Source: Oopsacas minuta (Eukaryota; Animalia; Porifera). From it: DNA of 11,623 bases. The position numbers were made by a program, and so were the translations under genes. A model generated the notes under the pieces. It saw only the letters and a program-made list of their open reading frames with translations. It ran no database searches and was not told the origin of the DNA. Within the stretch, counting starts at the first letter, position 1. The number at the start of each line of letters is the position of its first letter. The stretch covers positions 1 to 11,623 of the forward strand of contig JAKMXF010000161.1 in NCBI GenBank assembly GCA_024704765.1, read 5' to 3'. Positions 1 through 8,871 of the stretch are shown piece after piece.

Positions 1-5
1 ATTGT

Positions 6-1805
6 TTACTTCTTCACTCGATTATTTCGAGCAAACGTCCGTATCTTATCTGTAACTTTTTTCAAGGCCAAAGATTGGCCAAACTTGTTAACTAAGTTAG
101 TCCATAAAGGGAAAAATTGTTCTGTATTGGATAACACTAAAACCTCGCTAGCTGTAACAGGAATATGGTGTAATGCATTATCAATCAAATTACCGAAAGT
201 TGAGAAAAAAGTATCTTCTTGGAATTGATCCACAAATATGCTTTTACCATTTCGCTTACAAGTGTATCGGGAGTCATTTATAGGCTCAGAGGGAACAGAA
301 ACATGTGAGATTTCAGAAGGTGTACATTTACTGTACTGAAAAGCTGAATCACCAATCAGACATGATCTTTCTGAATCACTATTGATATCCATGGACACAT
401 GGAGAATGCCTGATAAAGTATCGTCCAAATCATTATCCGAGTCTACAATATGATCATCTTGAACAATATTAGAACTAGTTGGCTCATTAATTTGTTCAGT
501 GACATTATCAGAATGTGTAACCATTTGGGTAGTAGGCGTAGAAGATCGGTTACTAAGACGCTTCTCAGATGTGGTACTAATATCGTCATTGCTAGGCAGA
601 GCTTGACATTTCGCAAGTTCATTGAAAACCGAGGACAATCCCCTATGGGACATATGATGACGGTAGTGTCGCTCAGTTGTTGAACGAGCATGACACATGA
701 ATTGACTAAGTGATTCTTGCATTGAAGGTTTGTGCATGCTGATCAACGTAGAGGCTGCTTTACGATAATTCGTAGGGCATCCATCGGGATCATGAATACC
801 AAAAAGTTTCAATCCTGAACGTAAGCAACTGCTTATGCTGCTTGTACGTAATCTACCAGAAGTCCATGTCTGAAAGACATGACAGTTCTTTTCATTACGC
901 GAAGAGATATCGCTAATAGATGGTAACAAGGGAAGAACTATCGTAATCATAGTGACAAGGTAATTATAGATTTCAACATCGAGATAAATAATGGCAGCTT
1001 GAAGAGATCCTGTCTTATGATTTGTAACGTAAATATATACGAGGTTATCACATTTTGCATTGCCTTCTGCATCTAATACCTCTTTAATCAGCATTCCCTC
1101 AATAATTCCAGAACGTTGAGCGTTTGCTAGTAGAATTTCAACTATAAGATAATTACGCAGTTGCCTAAACACAAACTCACTGATATCCTTCGTTTTCTCA
1201 TCAATATGTACAAATTGCTGTTTAACTTCAACTAATCCACGACGTGAACGCCATAAACGTAATACATCAAAAGATTTTGGCATACGTTCTCGACTAACTG
1301 CCATCGTATGCTTTGTTCGCAAATGACGATCCTTTCCAATTGCTTCTTTTAAATAGCACAACATAGAATCTATTCCTTTCAACTGTTCTACGGTAGGTAG
1401 CAGTGAAGGTATCTGCATTCTCAGAAAGTGAATAAATCTTTCGTATACACGCAAACGACAATACATTGTTGACGGGCTACATGTAGCAGAACTGACATAG
1501 TGATTGAGTTGATTAGGATCCCACAGCTGATGCCAACCAAGTTCATTAACTACAGATCGAAATTGACACATATCACCTTTAATTGGCGTGTTTCTTCTAC
1601 CACCGCCTCCCTTTGTGAGTAAAAATGATTGGAATTCTCGAATTATCAGCTCACGATCTATAAACCTGAAGTTCGACTCGTTGCTAGTTACAATAGTACC
1701 TTTTGAAGATAATTGAAGAATGGAAGGAACTGGTTGTTGGGTTGAATGTACAGGATCTTCACAATTCTCATTGTCTGATGTAATAGTTTCCGAATCAAAT
1801 TCATC
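6..1805 (-). CDS. Tyrosine recombinase (phage-integrase fold, Crypton-like or related eukaryotic YR), 5'-partial at assembly gap
   Basis: ORF track gives 521 aa from ATG 1571. My translation shows no stop upstream from 1572 to 1805 (DEFDSETITSD...FQSFLLTKGGGGRRNTPIKGD-MCQF), so the frame is open for 600 codons up to N1807. Motifs numbered from M1571: NAQR153SG (Arg I), HK186T (Lys), PTNYR270K (HxxR position, His replaced by Thr), MCH294, TERHY303 (nucleophile). R-x23-H-x8-Y spacing fits tyrosine recombinases. SPSTMYCRLRVYERFIHFL resembles the helical core-binding domain. A Ser/Asp-rich linker and a small helical C-terminal domain follow. Confidence 0.85.
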   Translation of the reverse strand, partial: DEFDSETITSDNENCEDPVHSTQQPVPSILQLSSKGTIVTSNESNFRFIDRELIIREFQSFLLTKGGGGRRNTPIKGDMCQFRSVVNELGWHQLWDPNQLNHYVSSATCSPSTMYCRLRVYERFIHFLRMQIPSLLPTVEQLKGIDSMLCYLKEAIGKDRHLRTKHTMAVSRERMPKSFDVLRLWRSRRGLVEVKQQFVHIDEKTKDISEFVFRQLRNYLIVEILLANAQRSGIIEGMLIKEVLDAEGNAKCDNLVYIYVTNHKTGSLQAAIIYLDVEIYNYLVTMITIVLPLLPSISDISSRNEKNCHVFQTWTSGRLRTSSISSCLRSGLKLFGIHDPDGCPTNYRKAASTLISMHKPSMQESLSQFMCHARSTTERHYRHHMSHRGLSSVFNELAKCQALPSNDDISTTSEKRLSNRSSTPTTQMVTHSDNVTEQINEPTSSNIVQDDHIVDSDNDLDDTLSGILHVSMDINSDSERSCLIGDSAFQYSKCTPSEISHVSVPSEPINDSRYTCKRNGKSIFVDQFQEDTFFSTFGNLIDNALHHIPVTASEVLVLSNTEQFFPLWTNLVNKFGQSLALKKVTDKIRTFARNNRVKK

Positions 1806-1806
1806 T

Positions 1807-1807
1807 N
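1807..1807. other. Assembly gap (single N) truncating the recombinase ORF
   Basis: N at 1807. The open YR frame runs into it on one side and the 122-bp repeat starts immediately on the other, so it likely marks a contig join of unknown true length. Confidence 0.7.
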
Positions 1808-1929
1808 ATAAGACGTAATACGTATAATACGGATTATACGTTCAATCTACAATTTTAGTGACGTAACTTCTATTAGGCTAATTTCTGCAATAAATATTTT
1901 GCATTAAAACAGAAGTTCTCGAATTGTTA
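1808..1929 (+). repeat. 122-bp direct repeat, copy 1
   Basis: ATAAGACGTAATACGTATAATACGG...GTTCTCGAATTGTTA is identical base for base to 11502-11623. Contains the palindrome ACGTATAAT-ACGG-ATTATACGT (1820-1841). Confidence 0.95.
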
Positions 1930-2152
1930 ATGAGTAATCTCAGCATAGTTAACAACATTTACTTCAATTTCAACATATTTAATTGTCTAAAAGATTAGTA
2001 AAACTCAAATTTGTCTTTCCTTGCTAAAATGGATTTTTGTAGAATAATATAATTTCAATAAGACACTAAAATTTTATATGTCGGCACAGACGGTGATTTG
2101 AGTTTTTTAACAAATGGAATGGATGGCTTTTAGGATATCTACCCACCGGAAG

Positions 2153-2273
2153 CACGACAGTTCGCATCACGACAACTCGCATCACGACAACTCGCAACAG
2201 ACAATTCGCAACACCGACAACTCGCCACACGACAATTCGCAACACCGACAATTCGCAACACGACAAATCGCAA
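2153..2273 (+). repeat. ~15-bp tandem array (CACGACAAYTCGCAW) x8 in the left MULE terminus
   Basis: Eight imperfect units counted at 2153-2273. About four inverted units at ~2886-2944. Confidence 0.9.
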
Positions 2274-2324
2274 CTAATCTGATTGGTCAATTCTATTTCA
2301 GTTTTTTAGATCATAACCACAGGT

Positions 2325-2880
2325 TTATTCTACCTCGAAGGGAGCAGCAAAAGCGAGAGCTGGAATCATACGGATACGGATAGCAAGTTCTTGGTCCTGG
2401 GAGTACACAACTTATAATCCTGCAGCCTGCACCTTGCGCCATAGATTTTGTGTGAGGTGAAAGAAACACCCTTTCACCACAGAAGCAGGCCATGTTTGCT
2501 TAAAACTGTTGATTGCGGCCTTCTCAAAATCCATCAGCATCTCTTCGGGATTGGCCAGTGGACAAAGAAGCTGGACTTGTTCCCACATCTTCGTATAAGT
2601 TGCTTCCGTCTTGTTCGGTAGTAGCACGAAAAGACTTGGTAATAAATGACCATCCTTCGTCAGGTCAGGACCTCCTCGCAATGCATGTATAACGTATACT
2701 TGTGTAAATAGTAAGGGAGCCGTCTTGAACGTGCCATCTGCCAACCAGATTCTAGACAACTCCAACATTTCCAGGTTACGCTGTGTCCCGAAAATCAGGA
2801 TTCTCTGTGTCTCTGGACCTGAATCATATAAGAGGAACTGTTCATCTTTGAATGTTCGTGTATATTCTTCAGGTAAATTG
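2325..2880 (-). pseudogene. MULE transposase fragment
   Basis: LADGTFKTAPLLFTQVYVIHA...LPSLFVLLPNKTEATY...MDFEKAAINSFKQTWPASVVKGCFFHLTQNLWRK are typical MULE-domain motifs (DGTF, D(F)E, CxFH). Homology continues past the TAA at 2412-2414 (VVYSQDQELAIRIRMIPALAF). The ORF-track N-terminus (MESTTVR...) is just TIR sequence. Confidence 0.88.
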
Positions 2881-3055
2881 AGCTTACGATTTGTCGGTGT
2901 TGCAAGTTGTCTGTTGCGAGTTGTCGTGATGCGAACTGTCGTGCTTTCCATGTATATATATAGTAATATAAATTAAGACGTAGTACACTCGATTAATACG
3001 AACTTTTCTCGAAACCGGATTGTCTACTTTTGTACTAATTGTATAGGAAGAATAT

Positions 3056-3122
3056 TCGGATAAGACGTACTTCGGTTAGTACGTACTAATTTTTGTTTGC
3101 TAAAGGGGTACGTCTTATCCGA
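3056..3122. repeat. 15-bp perfect inverted repeat enclosing a 14-bp palindrome
   Basis: TCGGATAAGACGTAC (3056-3070) and GTACGTCTTATCCGA (3108-3122). TTAGTACGTACTAA at 3076-3089. Shares the ATAAGACGTA core with the 122-bp repeat. Confidence 0.9.
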
Positions 3123-3222
3123 GTTCTACTGTATATATCATCTGTTCCAGTATTTGAGGCGGTTCGTTGTCTATCTGTTCAAACGATGAGTACCACAATC
3201 GCATCGAGTTCTTATTATGTTA

Positions 3223-3392
3223 CAGTCAGGATCGCTTATTGTGAACCCCCTTGGGACCAAAAATCTTGTTCATAATACAGAGACTTCATATTAAGCGAAC
3301 TTGATTTAATACAAATGCTATGGGAGTATATTTATTGGGACCTTCGGCTTGGTTCATAATAAACGAATGTTCATAATAAGCGACCCTGACTG
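3223..3392. mobile_element. Tc1/mariner-superfamily (pogo/Tigger-like) MITE, 170 bp
   Basis: 24-bp TIRs CAGTCAGG(A/G)TCGCTTATT(G/A)TGAAC with 2 mismatches, flanked by TA at 3221-3222 and 3393-3394. Internal GTTCATAATA repeats. Confidence 0.85.
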
Positions 3393-4063
3393 TATTAAAC
3401 TGATTTGTGTTTGATGTGTGTCCTACTACAATGATTATACCTAAATTGAGTTTACATATTCAAGTAATCATATTTGAAATTTTAAGTGAAATTATATTGG
3501 ATTAATTGTCTCCACTAATTCTGAATGTGAAATTGTCTACAACATGCAGTGATGATGCTAGGGGAGCCAGGGGGGTTAGATCCCCCTGTTCCTGACGGAG
3601 CATATCATCTCAGTTGCCACTGATCATCAGTATCATACAATCCGGTTCCGTCGGTGTATATGGTTGTAATATTCACTTCTTAGAATTTTACTTCCAAATC
3701 AGAATAACTGTTCGAAGATTTCGCCCCCTACAGTAAGTGGAATTCGATTGTTCTCAATACGCAATCATGATTTGGCTTCCAGACCTCTCTCACGTCTCAC
3801 GATCTCGTTGTGTGTATCACGATTTTGAGACCATGTGTACTATAGAATCGTGAGAATGTTAACGGATCTCACACTTTCGGAATATCATAGGTTGAGCCGA
3901 GTCCTGGAATCATACGGGAATTTCCATAAGGCTATAATGTGGAAATCCAATGGGGATGAGAACACTAATTCAACCCAAAAGATGAGGACTCGTACCTATA
4001 TTCTAATAAGTACATGCCTGGTCAAGAATTTCTTGACTCGACCAGTTTGAGTTCTGACCTATC

Positions 4064-4127
4064 GAGATCTCAATCAGATGATCATATGATGGAGATCTCA
4101 ATCAGATGATCATATGATGGAGATCTC
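4064..4127 (+). repeat. 28-bp tandem duplication (2.3 copies)
   Basis: GAGATCTCAATCAGATGATCATATGATG at 4064-4091 and 4092-4119, then a partial GAGATCTC. Confidence 0.9.
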
Positions 4128-4599
4128 GATCGACAAGTTAAATTGCTGAAATTGATTCTACTGTAATGGTTATCATAACTATAAGGGCTGTATTCGGTTA
4201 AACGCCGCTAGAGTCGGTTAGTGGTCAGAATATTCGTGGTATGATAACTAGGGCTGAAACGAATATAGTGAATATTTGAATATTCGTTCGAAATATCTGA
4301 ACGATTATTCGTTCGTTTAGAAACGAATGTTCGTATAAGACAGTCGAAACCGGGTTTTTCTTACATATTGGTTTTGTCTTAGGATAATTTCTCGCTCAGA
4401 TTGTAAATTTACTTGCATTTTTCAAAAAGAAATAGTAAGAACAACCAAGTTTCCATTGTATCTCAATATTTTTATCTACAATGACTAATTTTCCAGCTGA
4501 ACCAATTTTTCACCCACCTGGACAATTAGAATTTTATAAAATGAGATTTATAACAATTGGATCATGTGCATATGATTAAAATGTCATTCTAAACATTTA

Positions 4600-4889
4600 C
4601 TAGCGAGCTACGCGAGTTGCGGACACTGTCCGCACTCGGGCCTTAGGCCCGAGGTTGTACAAAAGGTAATTCCACAAATATCAAAAGTTACCTCTGATAT
4701 TTGTGGAATTACCTTTTGTACAACACATATACATCATATGTTGTTGACAATATCATATTCGGAATCAGCGTACCCGATTACCCCTGTATAACCGTTGAAA
4801 CTACGTTTCTAGGACAATTCCAATTAACATTGCAAATGAGTGTACCCTAGCAACGGACAAACAGACAAATTGTAATTTAGTAATATAGA
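4600..4889 (-). mobile_element. Non-autonomous Helitron, 290 bp, nested in the hAT relic
   Basis: On the minus strand: A|TCTATATT...GCTCGCTAG|T, i.e. 5' TC, 3' CTAG, inserted between A and T with no TSD. GC-rich hairpins TGCGGACA-C-TGTCCGCA (4618-4634) and CTCGGGCCT-T-AGGCCCGAG (4635-4653) lie just upstream of the 3' end. Shares TTGTTGACAATATCATATTCGGAATCAGCGTACCCGATTACCCC with the 9103-9815 element. Confidence 0.85.
4654..4724. repeat. 30-bp perfect inverted repeat with 11-nt spacer
   Basis: GTTGTACAAAAGGTAATTCCACAAATATCA (4654-4683) is the exact reverse complement of 4695-4724. Confidence 0.95.
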
Positions 4890-4999
4890 TGATCGGGCAT
4901 TCAAGAACCTTCGCTAGCTTATTCATTAAGTTATGCAATGGACTCTGATTCTGCATCAAGTTTAAGTATTCTTCAAGAAACAATTATTGTACTCTTGTC

Positions 5000-5830
5000 C
5001 CCTTTGAGAAGAGCAGCCGATCTCAAGTATGGAAATATTTCAGATGGGATATATCACCCGCTGAGTGTCTATTGTGTTTAAAAGTTTTTGCCTACAACGG
5101 TGGAACAACTTCCAACTTGAAGTCTCCAGCATGTAAACTTAGAAAGAAAACATCAACCAAGTATTAATTAAACATCCCCTCAAAGAAGTTAGTAATAACA
5201 CTTAGTCGCAGTCTTCTTTAAATTATTTTACAAAACTTCAACCGAGTGGAACCAAACCTTTTCAAATGATGTTCAACTTGAGATTACACGTATTCTCTCA
5301 AGATGGCCGTGGCTGGATAAGAGACCGATTTCAATTGTCCGCGACAAAGGTTTAAAGGAGCTACTTAACTTTTTAGAACCTAACTACCTGATCCCATCAA
5401 CCACTCATATAATAAGTGGACTTATTCTCCTCAAAATGAGAATATCTAATATCACTTCAATTGCTCTAACGACTGATATTTGGACGTCACGAGCCATGCA
5501 ATCATTTGCAACAACGACAGCTCATTTTATTGATCGAGATTGGAAACTTGTATCTTATGTGCTTGAGACGATCCATTATCCAGGTAGCCATACTGGTATT
5601 CGTATTTCTGAACACATTAACCAAATGCCAAGAACACGACTCTGTAACGTTAATTGGAATTAAAAAGAAGCTAACGGATCAACTTAACGAGCGATTCCAA
5701 TTGAACCAACTAAAAATGAACCTTTTGGTCCACATCCGGATACGTCGTCGACACAACCAGATTGAGGCCTCTTCGGCGAAAATAGCATGGTGCCATTGGT
5801 TACAATTGCTTTACTTTGCCCACTGAACCT
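5000..5830 (+). pseudogene. hAT transposase remnants (BED zinc finger, Hermes-like DNA-binding segment, first catalytic Asp)
   Basis: RSQVWKYFRWDISPAECLLCLKVFAYNGGTTSNL (BED finger, ~5015-5120). WLDKRPISIVRDKGLKELLNFLEPNYLIPS (~5310-5400). SIALTTDIWTSRAMQSFATTTAHFIDRDWKLVSYVLET (~5457-5570). Segments are separated by frameshifts and deletions. Confidence 0.88.
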
Positions 5831-6120
5831 TATAGAGTGCATTTTTTCGGATAATAAAGGAACAGGGGTGGGTGAAAGATGAAATAGTTAAGTTATCTGA
5901 AATAACGGTTCATGATGTCCAGGAATGCATAAAAGTGAAAATTCGAAATAATTATCAGACATACTGTATGTAGGGTGAAGCTGTCAGCACTAGATTGCTG
6001 CTGTTAGATTTGTATTCGTATTGAGACCGCCTAGCCTATCGTTCTTGTATACGATTACACACCCAGAATACAACTATTGTATGTACACTTTCTATATTGT
6101 ACAGGATACAGTAAGTAGAT

Positions 6121-6840
6121 CAGGCCTGGGTGTAATAGTAACGATTACATTTTGGAAGTAATAGTAATAGTAATAGTAATAGTGTTTTAAAATCGTATGT
6201 AATAGTAATTGTAATACATACAATAGAAGCTATTGTAATAGAAATTCCATACATTTCTAAAACTTCGGATTCGTTAATCTCATTTGTAGCGAAGAAATAG
6301 GAATGGGTTAAAAAATAATCTGAAGCAAAGTTTTCATATAAGGCCATGCAAAGTAAATTACTTGTTTCTCATCCCCGTCTGTGCTAATCTTCTCTCCCCG
6401 TCCGGATACATTTTATGCATTGTCGTTGAGTATTTAATCTCAGAAAATAATCCAATAAGAGTCTATATTGTAGCTATTGTATTTCTTAAAGAAAGTTCTT
6501 GCTATTATGGTACTATTACACTATTATGAACACAATAGAACAGTAATTTTCATATATTGTAAGATATAGCAGCTAGCAGATTATAATTCTACACATAAAT
6601 TCAATAAAAAACTTAAATAAAATGCCGTCCCCCGCCCCTATTTCCCACAAGAATATGGATGAGAATCTAGTGATTTAGTTTACATGGCCTAACGCTGTAT
6701 TCTTTGACATTTCAATACATTATTTCAATTTCACATAGTATTACATTTTTGCCAAATGTAATAGTAATAGTAATAGAAAGAAAAAAACAGTAATCGTAAT
6801 AGTAATATATTACATTTCAAAGTAATTGAGCCCAGGCCTG
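6121..6840. mobile_element. hAT-type MITE, 720 bp
   Basis: 10-bp perfect TIR CAGGCCTGGG...CCCAGGCCTG. Perfect 8-bp TSD AAGTAGAT at 6113-6120 and 6841-6848. Subterminal (GTAATA)n arrays at both ends. No coding capacity. Confidence 0.92.
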
Positions 6841-7242
6841 AAGTAGATACATGTTAGAAGAATCGTCCTAAAACAGTACGTACAGGCATTTTTGCACTCA
6901 AATACAAAACTAGTCTTAAACTGAGGTAAGATTGAGGAAGTTGGGGTAGGGGAGAGTAGCACAACAAACATTTAATAGTGACAAAAATGTACGGTTGAAG
7001 AGGAAAATGCAACAAAGAAACAGAGAACAATATTACAAAATTAAGGACCCGTTGCTATATGAGAAATGAAGTACATAGAAATAAGAGAAATGAAAGAGAA
7101 TGGATGCTGCACTAAGAGCAGTCAGCTTGTAAAGTAGTAGGAATCATCTAGTGAAGTCCAAAAGATTAACACAAAGGCCGACGCTAAATTACACTAGAAA
7201 CTTACACTAATTGAAAATTAACAAGGAAGGAAAGTGACAGTC

Positions 7243-8871
7243 TCATTTTAGGAGGCGGAGGGAAAGGACCCCATAGATCGTAACAATACTAGTAAGAGAT
7301 TTAACCCAATCATTAAGCGAATCTTTCTCATAAGTACCGTCAAAGATTAGCTGATTTATTAAATTGACCTTAAGAGAGTATTTTTTGAAACTTTTCCAGT
7401 TCCACTTATCAGTGCGCATTTCAGGATACATGACTTGGGCAATCAATATACCTAGCTGTTTGAAGTCTAGTGCTGATCCAGAAGAGAGTTCAGTAGGTGG
7501 AATTAGTTCGTAGTGATCTGATCGAACTTTATAGCTGGAAATTCCACAAACGCGATCAAAATCAATTAGTTTTAGACAAAAATCAGCTGAAAAGCAAAAG
7601 TTTGGGAGACGAATGTCTGTGTGAGCATAACCTAATTTATGAAGCGCCTCTATAGCATCAATTGCCTGCTGTACAAACTGTCCGAAGCATTGTCCAACTT
7701 CTTTATAGGTCATAGGTTGATAAGCCAGAGCTTCAAATCTAAATATTCTTGGCTCGGATTTAAGCATCGGCCAAATAATAGTCTGAGGTAGTTCCAAATA
7801 TCGAGTCACATGAGCGTCAAAAATGAAATATTCATACATGACACAATTTTTAGTACTGGCACAACTTTTCTCGATACTCGACACAGTTGAACAGCCCTTG
7901 CAAAAGCTTTCTAAATTAAATATACTGGATGATAGGGGTAATATTTTATAATAGAAATCTTTGTCTCGCATAAGAATTGACCATCCAGAAGTCTCTTGAC
8001 GCAATTCAGACTGATGTTTAATATTGTAATTGCTTGTGATATGATCTAAATCATTTTTAGAGAGTGGAATAAAATATTTGACTTTTACATTAATGTTTAC
8101 ATACTTCTCCAAATCACATTGATGACGCCACACCTCTAAAATTGTACTTTTCAGGTTTTCTTTTTCCACATTTTCAAAAGTAGGAGTTAAAAGAAGCTTC
8201 GTCCATTCTAATTTGATCTTTGTGACTGTATTTTTTTCATTCATTTTTGGAAATACAAAACCGTAAACAAAATCGAGGTCATTACGAAAATGGCGTAAAT
8301 AGCGCAGTTGAGGTATCAAGGTAACTGTGCAATTGGCAATGGAGTCGCGATACTTTTGTCCCGAATGGACTTCGCATAGAAGCAATGGCAATTCTTTTTT
8401 GGCATCAAGAACAGCAACGTCTGGATTGAAGTTGTGCGGAATTAAATACTCCGTCAAATCCTGTATGCAGGAAACTGTATAAGAAGTATTTTGAAAAAAA
8501 TATTGATTTCCTTCCAATTCTGATGCCAATTCATGTTTTAAACATTTCTCCAAATATGCCTCCCCTTTCATCAATTTACCTTCTAGATTCGTATTTGGTA
8601 GTTCAAATAGTTCTTCCAGTGTAAACTGATTCTCGATATTTTCCAAAAACTCAGCTGTGGGGAAATTAACATTAATTAGTGTTTCGTCCCATTCTCGACT
8701 GTTGCAATCAAAGCCCCGGCTAGGAGACGAAAGGCTATGAGAACCTAAAGAAGCAGGACAATTCATTTTACGGGGGGGAGGAGTCCCCGGAGGACTCATC
8801 AATACAGTAGATGATGATTTTCTTTTACGAGATCTAGTTGAAGGTGACTTTTGATCCAAACGCTCTGCCAT
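7243..8871 (-). CDS. REase-fold (PD-(D/E)xK-like) plus atypical protein kinase fusion, Crinkler/CR-effector-like architecture
   Basis: Intact single-exon 542-aa ORF. ATG in a good context (A at -3, G at +4), in-frame stop upstream at 8905-8907. Basic RSRKRK and Ser/Pro-rich N-terminus. NP150D151VAVLD...LLCE167VH169S resembles a PD...ExK motif. Kinase lobe with YYK309, H417TD419IR421LPN424 catalytic loop and LID437FD. Confidence 0.8.
   Translation of the reverse strand: MAERLDQKSPSTRSRKRKSSSTVLMSPPGTPPPRKMNCPASLGSHSLSSPSRGFDCNSREWDETLINVNFPTAEFLENIENQFTLEELFELPNTNLEGKLMKGEAYLEKCLKHELASELEGNQYFFQNTSYTVSCIQDLTEYLIPHNFNPDVAVLDAKKELPLLLCEVHSGQKYRDSIANCTVTLIPQLRYLRHFRNDLDFVYGFVFPKMNEKNTVTKIKLEWTKLLLTPTFENVEKENLKSTILEVWRHQCDLEKYVNINVKVKYFIPLSKNDLDHITSNYNIKHQSELRQETSGWSILMRDKDFYYKILPLSSSIFNLESFCKGCSTVSSIEKSCASTKNCVMYEYFIFDAHVTRYLELPQTIIWPMLKSEPRIFRFEALAYQPMTYKEVGQCFGQFVQQAIDAIEALHKLGYAHTDIRLPNFCFSADFCLKLIDFDRVCGISSYKVRSDHYELIPPTELSSGSALDFKQLGILIAQVMYPEMRTDKWNWKSFKKYSLKVNLINQLIFDGTYEKDSLNDWVKSLTSIVTIYGVLSLRLLK

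Larger units (their letters stand above)
2148..2949 (-). mobile_element. Internally deleted Mutator-like (MULE) element with TIRs and 15-bp subterminal arrays
   Basis: Left end GGAAGCACGACAGTTCGCATCACGACAACTCGC (2148) matches the reverse complement of the right end, GGAAAGCACGACAGTTCGCATCACGACAACTCGC (ending 2949). Encloses a MULE transposase fragment. No 9-bp TSD visible. Confidence 0.8.
4249..5992 (+). mobile_element. Decayed hAT (Ac-like, BED-finger) element; right end uncertain
   Basis: Begins TAGGGCTGA followed by a cluster of ACGAA/TTCGTT subterminal motifs (4260-4345). Transposase remnants at 5000-5830. Candidate right end TCAGCACTA (5984-5992, 8/9 match to the left end), but the flanks do not form an 8-bp TSD. 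Confidence 0.55.

Noticed and set aside
443-691. Short ORFs 443-691 (-) and 450-683 (+)
   Set aside because: Alternate-frame or antisense shadows of the recombinase CDS with no motifs.
2153-2273. Possible CRISPR-like array
   Set aside because: Contiguous 15-bp units with no unique spacers, mirrored at the other MULE end, in a eukaryotic context.
2066-2493. ORFs 2066-2290, 2114-2383, 2311-2493 and 2725-2976
   Set aside because: Translations of the 15-bp array or alternate frames of the MULE fragment.
3547-3622. CAGTG...CACTG segment with a G-run/C-run hairpin, resembling a tiny hAT/Tip100 MITE
   Set aside because: Only 5 bp of terminal match and no 8-bp TSD.
3731-4163. TA-CAGTA...TACTG-TA bounded segment, possible pogo-like MITE
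   Set aside because: Inverted match does not extend convincingly beyond 5 bp. ORF 3835-4050 inside it has no recognisable motif.
4801-4983. 60-aa ORF
   Set aside because: Spans the Helitron 5' junction, so it is not a coherent gene.
6120-6347. 75-aa ORF with a poly-Leu run
   Set aside because: Reverse translation of the (GTAATA)n array in the MITE.
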